Assembly: GCA_951406725.2 (NCBI GenBank)
Contig: OX597843.1
Span: forward strand, 496,001 to 560,000
Direction of reading: 5' to 3'
DNA length: 64,000 nt
From: Octopus vulgaris
Lineage: Eukaryota
Shown here: piece by piece, positions 63,904-64,000 of the stretch
How positions within the stretch are numbered: the stretch's first letter is position 1
Layout of the letters: the number at the start of each line of letters is the position of its first letter
The notes under the pieces: generated by a model
What the model was told of the DNA's origin: nothing
Database searches by the model: none
What the model saw: the letters and a program-made list of their open reading frames with translations, nothing else
Program-made: the position numbers and the translations under genes

Positions 63904-64000
63904 CGGCGAGCTGGCAGAAACGTTTGTGTGGCAATCCTAAACATATAAGGTGGCGAGCTGGCAGAACCGTTAGCACGCCGGGCGAAATGCGTAGCTGTAT
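63904..64000 (+). mobile_element. SINE family C heads
   Basis: GGCGAGCTGGCAGAA occurs twice. Confidence 0.8.

Overview
AT-rich eukaryotic DNA saturated with microsatellites. The SINE families and repeat content suggest an octopus (coleoid cephalopod) genome, which is an inference. There is no intact protein-coding gene, and almost every ORF in the supplied track is a microsatellite artefact. Identifiable content includes several tRNA-derived SINE families, LINE relics (CR1-group RT, RTE RT with a PHD finger, an RTE C2H2 tail, an R4/Dong-like RLE tail in (TAA)n), TTAA-flanked piggyBac-type MITEs, two non-autonomous Helitrons and a 5'-damaged tRNA-Asp. Two short minus-strand ATG...GTAAG exons, both phase 2, look like alternative first exons of a large host gene. 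Two signals stand out. First, at least five distinct short (TA)n-embedded element families carry minimal type-I hammerhead ribozyme folds of the Penelope-like kind, including a perfect 158-bp palindrome with a hammerhead on each strand. Second, an 18-unit, 154-bp tandem array of tRNA-like Pol III SINE heads lacks an internal terminator and runs into a SINE dimer.
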